Origin: Candidatus Kryptoniota bacterium
GTDB taxonomy: Bacteria; Bacteroidota; Ignavibacteria; Kryptoniales; JAKASW01
NCBI GenBank assembly: GCA_024641705.1
Contig: JAHECO010000005.1
Location: forward strand, 98,188-162,187
Direction: 5' to 3'
Length of the DNA stretch: 64,000 bases
This document shows positions 38,608 to 48,714 of this stretch, one piece after another (the first letter of the stretch is position 1; each line of letters begins with the position of its first letter). The notes under the pieces are model-generated. The model ran no database searches and was not told the origin of the DNA. It was given only the letters and a program-made list of their open reading frames with translations. Made by a program: the position numbers and the translations under genes.

Positions 38608-39474
38608 ATGGAACCAGCTAATGTAGCGGTTATCGGGGCAGGGACAATGGGAAACGGAATCGCCCACGTCCTGGCACTGTCGAAGTTCAGCGTGAATATT
38701 ATCGATGTAAGAAGGGATGCCGTCGAAAGAGGAATGGGATACATACGCCACAACATGGACAGGCAGGTCAACAAGGGACTCCTTACCGAAGACCAGAAGA
38801 ACGAAGCACTGGGGAGGATTTCGCAGTCGACCTCACTTGAAGGAGGCGTTAGGGACGCAGACTTCGTGATTGAGGCGGCTACCGAAAATATCAAAGTTAA
38901 GAAGGATGTGTTCCACACACTCGGGGAGATCTGTAAACCCGAGACCATTCTCGCGAGCAACACGTCGTCGATTTCCATAACCGACCTTGCGTCGGCAACG
39001 TCGAAGCCCGACAAGGTAATCGGCATGCACTTCTTCAACCCGGTTCCCGTGATGAAACTTATAGAGATCGTCAGGGGACTTGCTACCTCGAACGAAACGT
39101 ACGAATCGGTGCGCAACCTGGCCTACAAGCTGGACAAGGTGCCGGTTGAGGTGCAGGACTACCCGGGGTTCGTATCGAACCGCATACTCATGCCGATGAT
39201 CAACGAAGCCGTCTTCTGCGCGATGGAGAACGTCGCGACGCCGGAGGCAATCGACACCGTCATGAAGCTGGGCATGAACCATCCGATGGGGCCGCTGGCA
39301 TTGGCTGATCTAATCGGCCTGGATGTGTGCCTCGACATAATGAATGTCCTGTTTCACGGAACAGGCGACTCGAAATACAGGCCGTGCCCCCTTCTCAAAA
39401 AGATGGTGGCCGCCGGATATCTTGGCAGAAAAACCGGAAAAGGCTTCTACACTTACGAAATGAGAAACCAGTAG
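38608..39474 (+). CDS. hbd: 3-hydroxybutyryl-CoA dehydrogenase
   Basis: 288 aa. [16 protein letters not shown] is the NAD-binding loop. [31 protein letters not shown] and [18 protein letters not shown] are family motifs. Confidence 0.92.
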   Translation: MEPANVAVIGAGTMGNGIAHVLALSKFSVNIIDVRRDAVERGMGYIRHNMDRQVNKGLLTEDQKNEALGRISQSTSLEGGVRDADFVIEAATENIKVKKDVFHTLGEICKPETILASNTSSISITDLASATSKPDKVIGMHFFNPVPVMKLIEIVRGLATSNETYESVRNLAYKLDKVPVEVQDYPGFVSNRILMPMINEAVFCAMENVATPEAIDTVMKLGMNHPMGPLALADLIGLDVCLDIMNVLFHGTGDSKYRPCPLLKKMVAAGYLGRKTGKGFYTYEMRNQ

Positions 39475-39515
39475 CACTTTTTCCCGCCTTCACAGTCTCA
39501 AAACAGGAGAGTGAA

Positions 39516-40664
39516 ATGGTAGATTTCGACTTCACTGAAGAACAATTAATGATTAAAGAAGCTGCACGCGACTTTGCCGAGAACGAACTTGCCGGCGGGG
39601 CGGCAGAGCGCGATGAGAAGGAACAATTCCCGTTCGAGCAGGTCAAGAAAATGGCCGAACTTGGATTCATGGGTATGATGGTTCCGCAGGAACACGGCGG
39701 TGCGGGCCTCGACACGGTCAGCTATGTCCTGGCACTCGAGGAGATCAGCAAAGCCGACGCATCCGCAGGAGTCATCATGAGCGTCAACAATTCGTTGGTT
39801 TGCTGGGGGCTCGAGAAATTCGGCTCGCCTGCTCAGAAGGATAAATATCTCAAGCCCCTCGCTTCCGGAAAGCAGCTCGGGGCTTTCCTCCTCTCGGAAC
39901 CCGAGGCTGGAAGCGACGCGGTAAACCAACGGACAACCGCCGCGCGTGACGGCGAATTCTATGTACTGAACGGAACGAAGAATTTCATTACGAACGGAGC
40001 AAACGCAGACGTACTTCTCGTCATGGCGACGACAGACAGGACAAAGGGACCTCGAGGCGTCAGCGCCTTCATAGTCGAGAAGAAGTTCCCCGGTGTCTCG
40101 GTCTCGAAAAAAGAGCACAAACTAGGCATACGCAGCTCAGATACCGCCCAGATCACCTTTCAGGACTGCAGGGTGCCGAAGGAGAACCTGATTAAGGAAG
40201 AGGGGTTCGGATTCAAGTTTGCGATGATGACCCTGGACGGGGGGCGGATAGGGATAGCCTCCCAGGCCATCGGGATAGCGCGGGCGTCGCTGGATGCCTC
40301 GTTGAAATACGTGAAAGAGAGAAAGGCGTTTGAGAAGTTCCTCCACGAATTCCAGGCCATTCAGTTCAAGCTGGCCGATATGCACACAAACATTGAAGCG
40401 GCGCATCTTCTTACTCTCAACGCCGCGCTTAAGAAGGACAAAGGCGAAAGATTCACGAAGGAAGCTGCGATGGCCAAACTCTTCGCCTCAAGAGTAGCGG
40501 TAGATTCGGCCCTTGAGGCAATCCAGATCCACGGCGGCTACGGATACCTGAAGGATTTTCCCGTGGAGCGTTACCTCAGAGACGCGAAGATCACGGAGAT
40601 ATATGAGGGAACTTCCGAGATTCAGCGAATAGTTATCGCAAGGGAAGTGCTGGAGCTTAAGTAG
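39516..40664 (+). CDS. acyl-CoA dehydrogenase (short/butyryl-chain type)
   Basis: The track ORF 39327.. overlaps hbd. ATG 39516 follows AGGAGAG and gives MVDFDFTEEQLMIKEAARDFAE. The C-terminus reads RDAKITEIYEGTSEIQRIVIAREVL, which carries the catalytic Glu motif. Confidence 0.9.
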   Translation: MVDFDFTEEQLMIKEAARDFAENELAGGAAERDEKEQFPFEQVKKMAELGFMGMMVPQEHGGAGLDTVSYVLALEEISKADASAGVIMSVNNSLVCWGLEKFGSPAQKDKYLKPLASGKQLGAFLLSEPEAGSDAVNQRTTAARDGEFYVLNGTKNFITNGANADVLLVMATTDRTKGPRGVSAFIVEKKFPGVSVSKKEHKLGIRSSDTAQITFQDCRVPKENLIKEEGFGFKFAMMTLDGGRIGIASQAIGIARASLDASLKYVKERKAFEKFLHEFQAIQFKLADMHTNIEAAHLLTLNAALKKDKGERFTKEAAMAKLFASRVAVDSALEAIQIHGGYGYLKDFPVERYLRDAKITEIYEGTSEIQRIVIAREVLELK

Positions 40665-40762
40665 GCGTCCTCTCACGGCTTTCCGAGGACGCCGGGACCT
40701 TGCACGCAATAGTTGTCTGTCGGATGAAATGCCTAACAGCAAATGTGATAGAAGGACGAGCT

Positions 40763-43222
40763 GTGAGAAAATACATAATGCCGATTGCGGCGCTGCTGGT
40801 TCTGCTTTCCAACTGCAATCTAAGGGCTGATGTGGACGTAATCCCGACGCCGAAGTACGCGAAAGAGAGAAAGGGAAACCTCTCCTTCGGGCATGTCTCG
40901 CTCGATTTTTCTCCCCAGGCAAAAGACCAGGCCGCGGAAGACGAGCTGAAGAGTTTCTTCGGGAAGAACCTTGTCCCTGCACGCATCGCCGGGGCGGATG
41001 CTATCACAATCCACGCACGCATGATTGCCGACAACGGCTTCATGGATTCCAGTATTCCGGTCACCGCCTCGGACAGCGCCCTGGCATCGGACGACGGATA
41101 CATACTTCTGATAGAGAACGGGACCATCGATATACTCGCGAAATCAAGGACGGGGGTCTTCTACGCCGTGGCGACGTTCCTTCAATTGGTCGACAGGAAC
41201 AAGAAGGGGTACATCGCGCCTCTTGTATCGATTGCCGATTACCCGTCCTTGGGAATGCGCGGCATAAGCGACGACATAAGCCGCGGGCAGATTTCCACGA
41301 TGGAGAACTTCAAGAAGATCATCCGGTTCCTGGCGACGCACAAGATGAATACCTATATGCCCTACATCGAGAACTTGTTCGCCTTCAAGTCCTATCCCGG
41401 CTTCAGCGAAGGGAGAGACCCTCTCACTGCCGCCCAGGTGTCCGAGCTCGATGCGTACGGCAGACTTTATCATGTGCAGGTGATCCCAATCTTCGAAACG
41501 CTGGGCCACCTGGAAGACGTCCTCGAGAAGCCCGAGTTCTCGAAGTACGCAGAATTCTCGGGAGTTGCGTGCCTCAACATCTCGAGCGACTCGGCGTTTG
41601 CCTTCATGAAGAATCTTCTCGCTGAAATTTCCCCCGCCTTTTCCAGCGACTACTTCAATATGGCCGCCGACGAGAGTTTCGACGTCGGACTGGGTGCGAG
41701 TAGAGCGCTTGTCGACTCAGTCGGCATAGCCGAGGCTCACGCTCAGTATTACGTGAAATTGTACAGGGTGCTGAAATCGCTCGGCAAGAAAGTGATGATG
41801 TACGGCGATATCATACTGAAGAACCCGCAGATTCTCTCCGAGATTCCTAAGGACATCACGATTGTCGATTGGCATTACGGCGCCTCCTTCGGTTATCCGA
41901 GCATGAAGGAGCTGAGGGATGCGGGGTTCAACGTCGTGGCTTCTCCTGCCGTATGGAATTTCACGGGTCCGTTTCCGAATTTTTACAACAGCTACGCGAA
42001 CATAGAGAACTTCGCCCGCGACTGCTTCGAAGAGGGTGGAATGGGACTCATCGTCTCGACCTGGAACGATAACGGTTCTGCCGAATTGCGGGAGCTCAAT
42101 TATCCCGGCTACGCGTGGGGCTCGGAGTGCGCGTGGAACCCGGAGGGCGCTTCTCCGGCTCATTTCGAGACGGTCTTCTTCCGTCAATGCTTCCAATCGA
42201 ACACTTCGCTCACAAGAATCGCGTACGAGCTCCTCAGTTCCGGGAGCAACCAGATAACGTGGAACGAGTTTTGGCGAGTCCCCTTTCTGGATCCACGCGA
42301 GGCAGATGCTCCCACGCGTGTAGAGAGTATCGAAGCTACCATGCCCGAAGTGATCGCCCTTGCCACACAGGCCAGCAGGTTCGTGAGGGCCAACAGGAAC
42401 ATCTTAGATATTTATATGCTCGTCGCCAGGATGAACTATTACTGGGCCAGGCGGGTTCGCGGGATCATGCAGATGAGACGTCTTGCCGGCGACTCTGCGC
42501 TTTCGGCGAAGGAGAGCGGCGAGGAGATCACCGCGATTGAAAAGGACCTCCTCGACATGCTTGCGAAGATCAGGCGCGAGTATGTCAGGATTTACCTGCG
42601 GACAAACCGCCGCCCGCTGCTTCAACTTATCGAGCAGAGGTTCGACGATCAGGAGGCGTCACTCAGGGCGGGTACAGAGCAGCTTCTCGGCGGCAACGCG
42701 AAGTTCGATCAGAAGCTCGTCTCCAAGTTCATCTATTACCCTGAGAGCCTCCCTTGTTCCCAGGGAAAAACGCAAGTGGATTCGGCAACCTTTGTGAAGA
42801 CAGTGAACTTCGGCAACTTGCAGGACAATGCCGAGGTCCAGTTGATCGGCGACACTTACTGCAGGCTCTTCATAAACGGCGCTCTCGTAGGCGATGTGAA
42901 GGCAAGGCGCACGCTTACCTGGGATGTGGAGATGAAGAGAGTCAAGTTCTTCTACGTGCGGAAATTTCTCCGTAAAGGGAAGAACACGTTCGTGATCCAG
43001 GCCGCAAACTACGACCGCGACGGTTCTGCAGGGTACAACCTGCTTGCCGTCGTAGGTCGGGATACGCTTACCACGGACAGTACATGGCAGGTGGTGAAGG
43101 GAATAGCGCCGGTCGAGAGTACAGGGCGGAGGCGCGCGGTTAATGCCGCCGCGTACGACAACGGCTGGACGGTCTCGGCTCCCGACTTCGGGCTGAAACT
43201 GAAATCGTGGATCGAGAGATGA
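40763..43222 (+). CDS. GH20-like beta-N-acetylhexosaminidase-family glycoside hydrolase with extra C-terminal domains (lipoprotein)
   Basis: In-frame GTG 40763 gives (M)RKYIMPIAALLVLLSNC, a lipoprotein signal. ATG 40778 is an alternative. GMRGISDDISRGQISTMENFKKIIRFLATHKMNTYMPYIE and the acidic pair in FNMAADESFDVG fit the GH20 TIM barrel. The C-terminal ~200 aa (VQLIGDTYCRLFINGALVGD) looks like a galactose-binding-like or rhamnosidase-N-like domain. Confidence 0.65.
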   Translation: MRKYIMPIAALLVLLSNCNLRADVDVIPTPKYAKERKGNLSFGHVSLDFSPQAKDQAAEDELKSFFGKNLVPARIAGADAITIHARMIADNGFMDSSIPVTASDSALASDDGYILLIENGTIDILAKSRTGVFYAVATFLQLVDRNKKGYIAPLVSIADYPSLGMRGISDDISRGQISTMENFKKIIRFLATHKMNTYMPYIENLFAFKSYPGFSEGRDPLTAAQVSELDAYGRLYHVQVIPIFETLGHLEDVLEKPEFSKYAEFSGVACLNISSDSAFAFMKNLLAEISPAFSSDYFNMAADESFDVGLGASRALVDSVGIAEAHAQYYVKLYRVLKSLGKKVMMYGDIILKNPQILSEIPKDITIVDWHYGASFGYPSMKELRDAGFNVVASPAVWNFTGPFPNFYNSYANIENFARDCFEEGGMGLIVSTWNDNGSAELRELNYPGYAWGSECAWNPEGASPAHFETVFFRQCFQSNTSLTRIAYELLSSGSNQITWNEFWRVPFLDPREADAPTRVESIEATMPEVIALATQASRFVRANRNILDIYMLVARMNYYWARRVRGIMQMRRLAGDSALSAKESGEEITAIEKDLLDMLAKIRREYVRIYLRTNRRPLLQLIEQRFDDQEASLRAGTEQLLGGNAKFDQKLVSKFIYYPESLPCSQGKTQVDSATFVKTVNFGNLQDNAEVQLIGDTYCRLFINGALVGDVKARRTLTWDVEMKRVKFFYVRKFLRKGKNTFVIQAANYDRDGSAGYNLLAVVGRDTLTTDSTWQVVKGIAPVESTGRRRAVNAAAYDNGWTVSAPDFGLKLKSWIER

Positions 43223-43413
43223 GCGGCACACTGTCAGGGAAGCTATGAAATGTGCCGGCCCGGCATCGCGCGAACAGACCGTTCCTGTTTTTGCCGTTGC
43301 CTGGAGGTGCCGGAATCGGGCCGGTGGCGCGCCGTGCAACCGTACTGGTGATCTCGCAAGTGCAGTAGTTCGCATCGCAGTGACAGGCTAACCCAACTTG
43401 AGGAGGAGTCGAG

Positions 43414-45084
43414 ATGGTCGGGACCAGAATAATCCGAGGCGAACCTGAAGCTTATCAGTTCCAGCTTCTGGTGAAGAATATCCTGAATTCGGGGATGAGG
43501 TACGAACCGGATAGGGAAATTGTTTACAGGGACAGGCTGAGATACGACTACAGGGAGCTTTACCGTCGCATCTGTCGGCTCGCGAACCTTCTGACTCGGC
43601 TGGGTGTCGGGCCGGGCGACACCGTCGCGGTACTCGATTGGGACAGTCATCGCTACCTGGAAGCGTACTTTGCCGTTCCGATGATCGGTGCGATCCTACA
43701 CACCGTGAATATCAGACTTTCGCCGGCGCAGCTAGTCTACACGATGAAACACGCGGAAGACAAGGTGGTCCTCGTAAATGCGGAGTTCGTCCCGGTTCTG
43801 GAAAACGTGTCGGCCGACCTCCATTCGGTCCAGGAATACATCCTACTCACGGATACGGGGGCGGCACCTGCCCGAAAGCTGAAGTTCGCCGGTGAATACG
43901 AGAAACTTCTATCCTCATCCGAGTCGGTCTATGATTTTCCTGATTTCGATGAGAACAGCGTCGCGACCGTGTTCTATACGACAGGCACGACCGGTGAACC
44001 AAAGGGGGTGTACTTCACTCACCGGCAGCTTGTCCTTCATACGCTATCCGTGGCGGGGGCGGTAGGGGCATACCAGACACAGGGAAGGTTTCGTTCAGAT
44101 GACGTCTACATGCCGCTCACCCCGATGTTCCACGTGCACGCCTGGGGATTGCCCTACATCGCCACGCTTCTGGGAGTGAAGCAGGTCTATCCCGGGAAGT
44201 ACGAACCCGAGATGCTCCTGAAACTTCTGCAGGTGGAAAAAGTCACACTGTCGCATTGTGTCCCGACCATATTGCATCTTGTCACTACATTCGCGGCGTC
44301 TAAGTCGGTTGATCTATCCAGGTGGAAAGTGATCATCGGAGGATCGGCGCTCCCGAGCGGGCTCGCGGAAGCCGCACTCAAACTTGGGATCGACGTTTAC
44401 TCCGGCTACGGCATGTCGGAAACCTGTCCTGTCCTGACGATTACCTATCTGACACAGGAGATGCTCAGCAAAGACGCCGCATCACAGATTGAGTACAGGG
44501 TGAAGACCGGCATCCCCGTCCCCTTTGTTGATTTGAAGATCGTAGACGAGCAGGGGAACGAAGTTGCCCACGACGGCAAATCCGTCGGCGAAATAATCGT
44601 CCGGGCGCCATGGCTCACGAACGGTTATCTCAAGGACATAGAGGGCAGCAAGATTCTCTGGAGAGACGGATGGCTCCATACGGGAGACATGGCGAACATT
44701 GACCCCAAAGGGTACGTCCAGATAACCGATCGCCTGAAAGACATGATGAAGACTGGAGGCGAATGGGTATCCTCCCTGGAAATTGAAAGCATGCTGACGC
44801 GGCACGATGCCGTGTCGGAGGCGGCTGTAGTCGGCCTTCCCGATGAAAGATGGGGAGAACGCCCTTATGCCGTGGTCGTGTTGAAGAAGGAATTCGAGGG
44901 CAAGGTGAAGGAAGGAGACCTGATCGAATTTCTCAAGGACTTCGTTAAACAAGGAACACTCAATTCTTGGAGCGTGCCGGATCGAATCGGCTTTGCCGGC
45001 TCGATCCCGAAGACCAGCGTCGGCAAGATCGACAAGAAACAGATTCGGCAGAGCCTTTCAACGGGCAACGAGCGCCGCAAATAA
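43414..45084 (+). CDS. long-chain fatty acid--CoA ligase (AMP-forming)
   Basis: 556 aa. GAGGAGG precedes the ATG. YTTGTTGEPKGV is the AMP-binding P-loop. GYGMSET, TGDMA..D..GYVQITDRLKDMMKTGGEWVSS and the terminal GK are present. Overall it reads much like Thermus-type LC-FACS enzymes, judged from memory. Confidence 0.88.
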   Translation: MVGTRIIRGEPEAYQFQLLVKNILNSGMRYEPDREIVYRDRLRYDYRELYRRICRLANLLTRLGVGPGDTVAVLDWDSHRYLEAYFAVPMIGAILHTVNIRLSPAQLVYTMKHAEDKVVLVNAEFVPVLENVSADLHSVQEYILLTDTGAAPARKLKFAGEYEKLLSSSESVYDFPDFDENSVATVFYTTGTTGEPKGVYFTHRQLVLHTLSVAGAVGAYQTQGRFRSDDVYMPLTPMFHVHAWGLPYIATLLGVKQVYPGKYEPEMLLKLLQVEKVTLSHCVPTILHLVTTFAASKSVDLSRWKVIIGGSALPSGLAEAALKLGIDVYSGYGMSETCPVLTITYLTQEMLSKDAASQIEYRVKTGIPVPFVDLKIVDEQGNEVAHDGKSVGEIIVRAPWLTNGYLKDIEGSKILWRDGWLHTGDMANIDPKGYVQITDRLKDMMKTGGEWVSSLEIESMLTRHDAVSEAAVVGLPDERWGERPYAVVVLKKEFEGKVKEGDLIEFLKDFVKQGTLNSWSVPDRIGFAGSIPKTSVGKIDKKQIRQSLSTGNERRK

Positions 45085-45099
45085 TCAAGGGAAAGAAAA

Positions 45100-45543
45100 A
45101 TGAATTTGTCAAGCACTGGGCCACTTTTGAGAAACGTTACGGTCGGCGACCTCAATTCACTGACTGCCAATACAATGTCCGAGAAAATAGGGATCGAAAT
45201 TACCGGGATAGGGGAAGATTACCTGACGGGAAGAATGCCTGTAGACGAAAGGACGGTCCAGCCATATGGAATTCTTCATGGAGGCGCCTCGGCGGCACTG
45301 GCCGAGACTTTAGGGAGCCTGGCCGGCGCGCTCACGCTCGATCCCGAGAAGGAGTATTGTGTTGGGATGGAGATCAACGCAAATCATGTCAGGAGCGTCC
45401 GGAGCGGATATGTCTACGGGAAGGCGACCCCCATCCACATCGGGAGCAGGACGCAGGTCTGGGAGATCAGGATCGAAGACGGCTCTCAGAAGCTTGTGTG
45501 CATCAGCCGCCTGACGCTTGCCGTGATTCCCAGACCGAAGTAG
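45100..45543 (+). CDS. PaaI-family hotdog-fold thioesterase
   Basis: 147 aa. QPYGILHGGASAALAETLGS is the signature helix of the PaaI / 1,4-dihydroxy-2-naphthoyl-CoA hydrolase family. Confidence 0.85.
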   Translation: MNLSSTGPLLRNVTVGDLNSLTANTMSEKIGIEITGIGEDYLTGRMPVDERTVQPYGILHGGASAALAETLGSLAGALTLDPEKEYCVGMEINANHVRSVRSGYVYGKATPIHIGSRTQVWEIRIEDGSQKLVCISRLTLAVIPRPK

Positions 45544-45547
45544 CGAA

Positions 45548-46564
45548 TCACGCGACGCGGTCGGCTCTCTTGCCGGTTATTTCGGAAACGAGTACGGCCA
45601 TAGCCTCGGAATCTTCGAAGCCGCCGGACTTGAGTCTGGTATCCACATCGAGCAGCACGCCGACGGCATTTTTAAGTTCATTGATCGAGTATGCGCGGGC
45701 GGCCGAGACATATTCGTTGATGAAGGGGTTGTATCGTCCGAAGACCGCTGTCGAGATGTCCTTCGGGTTCATGTGTTTGCTCAGGTCGTGCTTTACTTCC
45801 AGCAAATTCAGAAAATACTTTGCGAGCATGAAATTAATGTAAACCGGTTTCTCGCCCGTCTCGAGCATCTTGGCCGCAACCTCATGCGCGCGTTTGGCGT
45901 CGCGCTGTCCGATCGCTCGCTGCAGTTCGAATATGTTGAACGATCTCGATTTCCCGACGACCGTGCTGATGTCGTCTATCTCTATCTTCTTGTTGTCTCC
46001 CACGTACAGCGACAGCTTCTCTATCTCCGAGATTAGGTCGCCAACTGAGTCACCTGCCATGTCGACAAGCAAGTCTGCTGCCCCCGTGCCGAGCTCCTTC
46101 CCGAGAGCCTTTGAGGTGTCGATTAGGTATTCCGACAATTCAGGTCCCCTGAGTCTGTTAAATGCCAGTAGTTCACCAATCGTTCCGATGCTTTTGTATG
46201 GCTCGTCGGACGGCTTGATCTCGCCTGCGACGAGACACACTACGTTTGACTCGGGTACATCGCTGAGGTGTGAGGCTATGTCGAGGCGGTGCTTCCTGTC
46301 CATCTTGTCGAACCGTCGAACGACGGTAAGTCTCTTTTCACCGACGAAGGGGAAGCTGAGTATCGATGACAGTACCTCCTCGGACGTCGATTCGGTTCCG
46401 TCGAACACGTCAAGGTTGAAAGAGCGCTGCTCCGGTCCAACGACATGCTCCATCAAGAGGTCGACGGAACGGGAGATGAAGTAATCTTCGTTGCCGTGGA
46501 TCAGACAGATTTTCGGAAACTTACCCTTCTTGACGGAAGCAGCAAATTTCCCCAAATCGCTCAT
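45548..46564 (-). CDS. holA: DNA polymerase III subunit delta
   Basis: 338 aa. The HolA N-terminal pattern is present (ICLIHGNEDYFI) and the family's C-terminal helical domain. The gene is convergent with the thioesterase. Confidence 0.8.
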   Translation of the reverse strand: MSDLGKFAASVKKGKFPKICLIHGNEDYFISRSVDLLMEHVVGPEQRSFNLDVFDGTESTSEEVLSSILSFPFVGEKRLTVVRRFDKMDRKHRLDIASHLSDVPESNVVCLVAGEIKPSDEPYKSIGTIGELLAFNRLRGPELSEYLIDTSKALGKELGTGAADLLVDMAGDSVGDLISEIEKLSLYVGDNKKIEIDDISTVVGKSRSFNIFELQRAIGQRDAKRAHEVAAKMLETGEKPVYINFMLAKYFLNLLEVKHDLSKHMNPKDISTAVFGRYNPFINEYVSAARAYSINELKNAVGVLLDVDTRLKSGGFEDSEAMAVLVSEITGKRADRVA

Positions 46565-47112
46565 TTTTCGACGTAGGCTTTCAGGATGTACACGGGATCG
46601 ATGGGTACATTGTTGGCGTCCCGCGGAAGCTTGGAGATGCTGTCCGCTACATCCATGCCTTTGACAACCGTACCGAAGATTGTGTATTTCCCGTCGAGCT
46701 GGGGAAGGTCGCTCAGACAGATGTAGAACTGGCTTCCGTTAGAGCGACGCTGCGGGTTGACCTGATCCCCTTCGCGCGCCATTCCGACCGACCCTCGCAG
46801 ATGTGGCTCGCCGATCTCGGCGGGCAAAGTGTACCCAGGGCCACCCTGGCCGTAGGTCATCCTGTTGGGAGTCTTCGAATTCGGGTCGCCGCCTTGTATC
46901 ACGAATCCGGGGACTATCCTGTGGAACTGAAGACTGTCGTAGAAACCTTCGGACACGAGTCTTCTGAAGTTCTCGCTCGTGACCGGAGCGGCGTCGTCGA
47001 ACAGTTTGATCTCGATTGTCCCATAGTTTGTTTCCAGTATCACGTTGTGGCCTTTCATGCTGCACCCGGCAATCGATAACGAAATGGCGAGCGCGAGGGT
47101 TACTTTGTTCAT
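46561..47112 (-). CDS. cyclophilin-type peptidyl-prolyl cis-trans isomerase (lipoprotein)
   Basis: 183 aa. The lipobox is IAGC. FHRIVPGFVIQGGDP, GSVGMAREGD..NPQRRSNGSQFYI and the FG.V motif are present. Confidence 0.92.
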   Translation of the reverse strand: MNKVTLALAISLSIAGCSMKGHNVILETNYGTIEIKLFDDAAPVTSENFRRLVSEGFYDSLQFHRIVPGFVIQGGDPNSKTPNRMTYGQGGPGYTLPAEIGEPHLRGSVGMAREGDQVNPQRRSNGSQFYICLSDLPQLDGKYTIFGTVVKGMDVADSISKLPRDANNVPIDPVYILKAYVEK

Positions 47113-47119
47113 GGTCGGT

Positions 47120-47941
47120 TCACCTTATGTAAAAGAAGATAATGATTACGGCGGCAAAGAGAAACCGGTACCAGACGAACACGTTCAAAGTGTGCCGCTG
47201 CAGATACTTCATGAAGTATTTGATCGCGAGGAAACCGAAGAGGGCGGAGAAGATCGTTCCGAATGCGAGAGGAGCGACATCGTCGGCCGGTATTCCGTGA
47301 AAGAAAACTCTGAGTTTCAGGATGGCCGCGCCCGCAATCACGGGAATGGAGAGAAGGAAAGAGAACCTCGCCGCATCTTCACGGTCATATCCGAGAAACA
47401 GGCCTGACGAGATTGTTATTCCTGAACGCGACGTTCCCGGCACCAGCGCCAGAGCCTGTGAGAAGCCTATGATCAACGCATCCTTCACGGTCATGGAATC
47501 GGTTTTCTTCATCCTCTTCGCGCGTTTTTCTGCGTACCACATGACAATGCCGATAACGATGAGAGTCGTTGCAAGAACCGCCGGAGTCCGGAACTTAGTC
47601 TCCACCCACTTCTCCAGGAGCACCCCGAAAAAGCCCGCCGGAATGGTTCCCAGGAAAACAAGGTATGAGAAACGTGTTTTCGCATCGGCCCCGAAGTCCC
47701 GTTTGTAAAGACCCCGGACGAACCCGGATATCAGGTCAACTGTGTCTTTGTAGAAGTAACCCACTACAGCCAGCAACGTGCCTAGATGGAGCGCAACATC
47801 GAAGGTGAGACTGTTGAGCAGCGGGGAATTCCAGTTGAAGAGGTCGGGGAGAATGACCAGATGTGCCGTGCTGCTTATCGGCAGAAATTCTGTCAAGCCT
47901 TGTACCACGCCTAGTATAATACTCTCTATTGCTGAGCCCAT
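47120..47941 (-). CDS. uppP: undecaprenyl-diphosphate phosphatase
   Basis: 273 aa. GVVQGLTEFLPISSTAHL and PGTSRSGITIS are the two BacA/UppP signature motifs. Confidence 0.93.
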   Translation of the reverse strand: MGSAIESIILGVVQGLTEFLPISSTAHLVILPDLFNWNSPLLNSLTFDVALHLGTLLAVVGYFYKDTVDLISGFVRGLYKRDFGADAKTRFSYLVFLGTIPAGFFGVLLEKWVETKFRTPAVLATTLIVIGIVMWYAEKRAKRMKKTDSMTVKDALIIGFSQALALVPGTSRSGITISSGLFLGYDREDAARFSFLLSIPVIAGAAILKLRVFFHGIPADDVAPLAFGTIFSALFGFLAIKYFMKYLQRHTLNVFVWYRFLFAAVIIIFFYIR

Positions 47942-47968
47942 TGATACTCCTGATTGTTTCTGCGAAGG

Positions 47969-48676
47969 TTAAAAATAGTATACAAGCCCCAATGAAACAC
48001 CTGCGCCGACGAACTCCATATTCACGGCCGTCTGACCCCCCGAGTAGTAATCGGTGTAAGTCAATCCGCTGCCGTCGGCTGCTTTGGGTTGTCCGATGAG
48101 CTCCGCGACTACATGGACACCCACCCGTGCGTACAGCTTCTCGTCGAGCTTGGTATCGAGCGAGCCGTCGAGCTTCATGCCGAAACCCGTCGCAGTGTAA
48201 TCCTGCGTTTGATTCGAGTAAGGCGAGGAGACGCTGAGGCTGCCGAAGTGGTAGCCGAAGGCGCCGCCGAACCTGAGCGAGTAGCCCTCTCCGCGGATTA
48301 GTCGGCGAACCGTCAGTGAGGGGATAAGATAAGAGAGGCTTACCTGTTGGGACCCTAAACCGCTGTTGCCTGTGTAACTGTTGATCATGTAGTCGAGCTC
48401 CGCCCCGACCTCCCAATCGCTCGTCACCGCGTAGCCGGCGCCCAGAAAGAACTGTACGGCCGAAGTGCATCCTCCCGGCCTGACGCTTCCGATGCCGTTC
48501 GAATTGAGAAAATTAGTGATTGAGTTTGCCTTGTAATAATTAACGCCAAGGCCGCCGTAAGCAGACACCCGCTGCGCATATGACTCCCGGGAAATTGTCA
48601 TAAGGATGGCCGCACCGAGCAACAGAACTCTGAAAGCATAACCGAGTCGTGGACTAGTGCTGTCTCCGGTCTTCAT
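47969..48676 (-). CDS. outer-membrane beta-barrel protein (OmpA-N/porin-like), function unknown
   Basis: 235 aa. It has a signal-like N-terminus ending SYAQ and alternating G/Y/S/V-rich beta-strand pattern. The C-terminal ...GLVYYF ends in an aromatic residue, as in OMPs. Confidence 0.65.
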   Translation of the reverse strand: MKTGDSTSPRLGYAFRVLLLGAAILMTISRESYAQRVSAYGGLGVNYYKANSITNFLNSNGIGSVRPGGCTSAVQFFLGAGYAVTSDWEVGAELDYMINSYTGNSGLGSQQVSLSYLIPSLTVRRLIRGEGYSLRFGGAFGYHFGSLSVSSPYSNQTQDYTATGFGMKLDGSLDTKLDEKLYARVGVHVVAELIGQPKAADGSGLTYTDYYSGGQTAVNMEFVGAGVSLGLVYYF

Positions 48677-48714
48677 AGTACTCCTGCCGCTTGAGATGGT
48701 GATTGAATTGTCCT

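Noticed and set aside
40664-40693. A 9-bp GC-rich stem-loop (GGCGTCCTC...GAGGACGCC) right after the acyl-CoA dehydrogenase stop.
   Set aside because: No U-tract follows and the next gene is co-oriented. It may be a weak terminator or an mRNA stabiliser, but it is not distinctive enough to call.
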